64,000 nt of DNA. Source: Candidatus Multivoradales bacterium (lineage in GTDB: Bacteria > Acidobacteriota > Thermoanaerobaculia > Multivoradales > J023). The position numbers and the translations under genes are program-made. The DNA lies in NCBI GenBank assembly GCA_965248925.1, contig CBDFLE010000006.1, positions 5,056,001-5,120,000 of the forward strand. Reading direction: 5' to 3'. Below are positions 61,701 through 64,000 of the stretch, one piece after another. The number at the start of each line of letters is the position of its first letter. The first letter of the stretch is position 1. Under the pieces are notes generated by a model. The model was not told where the DNA came from. It did not search any database and saw nothing but the letters and a program-made list of their open reading frames with translations.

Positions 61701-64000
61701 AGAGCTGCTTCGACTGAGCCTGGAGCCGGCGTGCTGGGAACAGCTGCAAGCGCTTGCCCGGCGCTCTGAGGCAACGTCCTACATGGTCTTGCTGGCGGTT
61801 TTTGGCGCCTTCCTCGGTCGCTACGCTGGACAGCGGGACCTGGTTATCGGGGCGCCTTTCGCAGAGCGCGATCGACTCGAGACCGAGCCCTTGATCGGCT
61901 TCTTCGTCAACACCTTGGCTCTGCGTTTCGACTTGCGGGGCCAGCCCAGTATTGCGGAGTTGGCGCAGCGTGCCAAAGAGCTGGTGCTCGATGGCTATGC
62001 CCACCGGCGGCTGCCATTCGAGCAGGTTCTCGAAGAGCTCGAGATCGACCGCACCCTCAGCCACAATCCACTCTTCCAGGTCACTTTTTCTGCCCTCAAT
62101 CCGCTACCCCAACGCACTCTTTCAGCTGTCACCTGGAGCCCGAGAGTACTGCACAATGGCAGTGCCAAATTCGATCTCAGCCTGTTTGTCGTCACCGACC
62201 CGCGGGGTCCGGAGCTACAGCTAGAATATGCCTCAGATCTCTTCGACGGGGTTACGGCGAAGCGCATGTTGAGGCATTTCCATACTTTGCTCGGCGCCGG
62301 TTTGAGCCGCCCGGATCATTGCTTCTCCTCTCTGCCTCTGCTCAGCCTTGGCGAACGCGCGCAGCTGCAGGTGGAGTGGAACGACACCGCAGTGCCTCGC
62401 CATCTGGGTGCGGGCCGGGAAGATCGGAGCCTTGCTGGTGGGGTAGTTGAACGCTTCCGCGAACAAGCCATGACAACTCCCGACGCTTTGGCGGTAGTTG
62501 GCGGGGAGGGTCGGCTGAGCTATGCCGACCTCGACCTCGCCAGTGATCGATGGGCGGGGCACCTGCTGGGCGGCGGGGTAGGTCCGGAGTCCGTGGTCGG
62601 GGTGTGGGCGGATCGCTCGCTAGAATTGATCATTGCTTTGCTGGCGGTGCTCAAGGCGGGTGGTGCCTACTTGCCCCTCGATCCAGCGTTGCCTGCCGAG
62701 CGGGTGGCGGCGCAGCTCGGCGATGCTCGGGCCGGCTGGCTGTTGCGGGCGGGCCGCAACAGAACCGCGCTCCCCGGCGATTGGAGCGAACTATGGATGG
62801 ACCAGGGCTCACAGCCCCGAGGCGAGCTTGCCGGGGCTCTGCCACCGGCTGCCGTCGAGCCGCAGAATCTCGCTTATGTGATCTATACCTCGGGCTCTAC
62901 CGGCCGGCCGAAGGGAGTGGCCATCAGCCATCGCGGTCTGACTAATCTGGTGAGCTGGCACCAACGTCGCTACCGCATCGAGCCGGGACACCGGGCAACC
63001 CAGATGGCGGGGCTTGGTTTCGATGCCGTGGTGTGGGAGATCTGGCCCTATTTGACCGCTGGCGCCTGCCTATACCTGGCGGCGGAGGATCTCCAGGCCG
63101 ATCCAGCAAGGCTGCTCGATTGGTTGGCTAGGAAACGAATCGACTTCTGCTTCTTGCCCACTCCGCTGGCCGAAGCGTTGCTGGATGAGCCGCCGCGGAC
63201 AGAGATCGGGCTGCGGGTTCTGCTCACCGGTGGCGATCGGCTGCACGCTGGAAAACCGGACGGTTGGCCGTTCGAGCTGGTCAATCACTACGGCCCCACC
63301 GAGAGTTCGGTGGTCGCCACCGCTGGCCGGGTGGCGCCGGCCCGCCAGCTCGAGGTGGCGCCGGATATCGGCCGGGCGATCGACAACCTACAGGTTCATG
63401 TTGTCGATCAAGCTTTGCAGCTGGTGCCGATCGGGGTTGTCGGTGAACTGGTGATCGGCGGCAGGGGTCTGACCCGGGGCTACCTCGGCCGATCTCGCCG
63501 CACCGCCGAGGTACTAGTACCGGAACCTTTTGGTGCTGATGGGCGGCGGCTCTACCGCACCGGTGATCTGGTCCGCTGGCTGGGGTCAGGTCGCTTGGAG
63601 TTCCTCCGCCGGCTCGACGATCAGGTGCAGCTACGTGGCTTTCGCATTGAACTGGGGGAGATCGAGAGCGAGTGCCGGCGCCATCCAGCAGTCAGCGAGG
63701 CAGCGGTCGTGGTCCTTCGGCAAGGCCAGGCAGAATCCCGGTTGGTAGCCTACCTGGCCGCTTCCGAACTATCATCCGAAACCGATCTGACCGAACATCT
63801 TCGGCGGCGCCTACCAGGCTACATGGTGCCCTCGAACTTCATTTTTCTCGAACAGCTTCCAGTCAATGCTAACGGCAAGATAGACCGCCTTCGCCTGCCC
63901 CCACTCGAAGGTTCCGATTTGCTGCGAGGGGCGAGGTTTGTCGCGCCGCGCACCGATTTTGAAGAACTACTTGCCGAGATCTGGAGTGATCTACTGCAAG
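55741..64000 (+). CDS. Lipopeptide NRPS, 5' part: FAAL-ACP-C-A-PCP-C-A (runs off window)
   Basis: Manual translation, same frame at every checkpoint: LQYTSGSTAAPKG, WLP..HDMGL, GLDSL (~57660), HHIVGD (~58237), FTSGSSGRPKG (~59710), GGHSL (~60860), HHMVADG (~61438), YTSGSTGRPKG (~62885), NGKID (~63870). Missing from the ORF track, presumably because there is no stop in the window. Confidence 0.95.
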   Translation, partial: MATPPVCSSPASANNLVDLLRRRSRQHPDRIAFIFLSNGEEEGERLTYGELDQRARVLGSHLRRKLPAGERALLLYPPGLELIVGFFGCLYAGMVAVLAHPPRGRRTLPRLAAIVADAAPGAVLSQTVEMRRIAAWAKQVEALARVELIASDALAEELADGWRDPRSEPQTLAFLQYTSGSTAAPKGVMVSHGNLLHNERLIQSAFRQPEGTVVVGWLPPQHDMGLIGNVIQPLYMGGRAILMSPVAFLQSPVRWLRAIDRYRANVSGGPDFAYQLCVDRIERQLCSTIDLSSWEVAFNGAEPVREETLRRFSEHFSDAGFSAARFFPCYGLAEATLLVSGGRQAAEPVRRLVSSKALALDQIRPPEPGDEAGRWLVSSGRCHPEVEVVVVEPQTGRPVEPGEVGEIWVSGPSVAAGYWHNRQATAEIFEVAVAGRPGRFLRSGDLGFVDQGELFVTGRLKDLIIIRGRNHYPQDLELTMEGCHPAAISGRGAAFSVDRGGGERLVLVQEVLRDADLVVEDLLSTVCQAVAELHELQVEDLLLIRRGSLPVTTSGKVRRRRCRELYLQDRLRVVAQWGRQQGAASAVGGVIARPSLDRLRTMDREQRRTTLGPYLLQQLADGLEIDVAQLRPDRPLTAQGLDSLNALELGHRVESEFAVRLSVAELLAGASPRQVLERLVDGIDTRSSASPEHRPENSLGDALSYGEKSLWFLHQLAPLSAAYNLFGALRVQPALDPGRLRRAVAALARRHPALRTTYGTRQGQPYRRVAAAAEMAVNVAVEIEPTAGWSVAKQHSRMVELAHQPIDLESGPLLRVVLFTADTDDSRLLLVLHHIVGDFWSLAILAQELGLLYDDLESVLPTLLTTYAESVQLAAADLDGQRGKVDWKYWRTLLAAAFEDLNLPTDRPRPASQTFVGDRRLIHWPAPLKAAVESLAKDHGVTVYVVLLAVFQVLLHRLSGQSNFAVGSPFAGRERAEQKSVVGYFVNTPVLRAELADSPTFSTFLGRTRDMVLAALEHQSFPFALLAERLRPQRDPSRSPLFQHLFSWHRLPPGAPAGLTACGVGEAGIEVVLGELRATSLSIANLSAQFDLALSITEVDDQLVACLQFNTDLFDSTTAQRWLDNLTTLTTTLTTTDSAAADRPLSRLELLSAGQRQQLMVEWNATERSPAADSVGGVGAGFAAQLARWPQRIAVEDGSGQRSYEAVDRLASGVAEALQGRGHGPRSRIGVFLVRSLDLPAVLLGILRAGAAYLPLDPRFPEPRLEMMIADARPAVVIVEDQPPAFITASGAEPLRLGELRSRLPSRRRTYAEPAAESLAYVLFTSGSSGRPKGVQISHRALNNFLASMAERPGLTAEDRLLAVTTLSFDISVLEIFLPLMVGARLCLASSAAAADGEALGELSRRWRATVLQATPTTWRLLLVAGWSGSNQLTAWCGGEGLPADLATALLQRCARLWNLYGPTETTVWSAIERIEMPIGRIAVGRPIANTRIQLLDQALEARPIGVPGELYIAGDGLSQGYLGRPALTAEKFLPEVSEGRSGARMYATGDLARWLADGRLECLGRTDHQVKVRGFRIELGEIEAAICAHPEIRQAVVVARPQHHGDADLVAYLVAGSEIQWEDLRVELRRSLPDYMVPSRAAFLLSLPLTPNGKVDRRRLPELAANAPRGGGGELRSPLQELLAGLWSELLSVAVVGPRDNFFELGGHSLKAAQLAARVGRAVAVELPVRKIFEAPILADLATAIEQLQGLPPAPTEVLSRVPEDGRRLSFAQQRLWFFDRLQPLSSAYNMAATVGIEGRLEPASLRAALLGVVRRHQILRTAYPERDGEAAVEVLPTVEIELPQLDLSSLAPGLQRRQVAVLAAAEARRPFRLDRAPLLRVCWIRLGAAVHQLLITAHHMVADGWSMDLFFDEFTELYSAAVEDRPPRLSRLRVDYADYAAWQRLALSSAGLAADVAHWRQKLSDPPTLDLPTDRPRRAVQSFRGELLRLSLEPACWEQLQALARRSEATSYMVLLAVFGAFLGRYAGQRDLVIGAPFAERDRLETEPLIGFFVNTLALRFDLRGQPSIAELAQRAKELVLDGYAHRRLPFEQVLEELEIDRTLSHNPLFQVTFSALNPLPQRTLSAVTWSPRVLHNGSAKFDLSLFVVTDPRGPELQLEYASDLFDGVTAKRMLRHFHTLLGAGLSRPDHCFSSLPLLSLGERAQLQVEWNDTAVPRHLGAGREDRSLAGGVVERFREQAMTTPDALAVVGGEGRLSYADLDLASDRWAGHLLGGGVGPESVVGVWADRSLELIIALLAVLKAGGAYLPLDPALPAERVAAQLGDARAGWLLRAGRNRTALPGDWSELWMDQGSQPRGELAGALPPAAVEPQNLAYVIYTSGSTGRPKGVAISHRGLTNLVSWHQRRYRIEPGHRATQMAGLGFDAVVWEIWPYLTAGACLYLAAEDLQADPARLLDWLARKRIDFCFLPTPLAEALLDEPPRTEIGLRVLLTGGDRLHAGKPDGWPFELVNHYGPTESSVVATAGRVAPARQLEVAPDIGRAIDNLQVHVVDQALQLVPIGVVGELVIGGRGLTRGYLGRSRRTAEVLVPEPFGADGRRLYRTGDLVRWLGSGRLEFLRRLDDQVQLRGFRIELGEIESECRRHPAVSEAAVVVLRQGQAESRLVAYLAASELSSETDLTEHLRRRLPGYMVPSNFIFLEQLPVNANGKIDRLRLPPLEGSDLLRGARFVAPRTDFEELLAEIWSDLLQ

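Overview
GC-rich bacterial window. The gene style (several ECF sigma factors, ECF/Ser-Thr kinase pairs, TPR-CHAT protein, C25 peptidase, FAAL-NRPS) suggests Acidobacteriota or a PVC-like lineage; this is inference only. 1-24 kb holds accessory secreted and signalling genes: a degenerate thermonuclease, a DUF1579-like/alpha-beta hydrolase fusion, a TAXI binding-protein/ion-channel/2xRCK fusion, a C25 peptidase flanked by a ~350-400 bp duplication, three ECF sigmas, two kinases, an IS1182-like element and an M24 peptidase. 24-30 kb is a beta-helix gene broken by two IS elements (ends and target duplications resolvable) plus about three frameshifts. 30-44 kb holds a PQQ-like propeller, a TPR-CHAT/small protein/ECF/zinc anti-sigma cassette, TerC, two SGNH-like proteins, and a SyrP-like TauD with an internally deleted paralogue. 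45.6-55.5 kb is a tightly coupled nine-gene operon (radical SAM, cysteine desulfurase, GcvH-like lipoyl carrier, CobW GTPase, Cys-rich protein, ferredoxin, DUF116-polyprenyl synthase, prenyltransferase-beta-like protein, squalene-hopene-cyclase-like protein). It is the best candidate here for an undescribed system, possibly making a sulfur-containing or protein-bound terpenoid. From 55.7 kb a FAAL-ACP-C-A-PCP-C-A NRPS runs off the end. No rRNA, tRNA or CRISPR array was seen. All family calls are by-eye motif recognition; no database searches were run.
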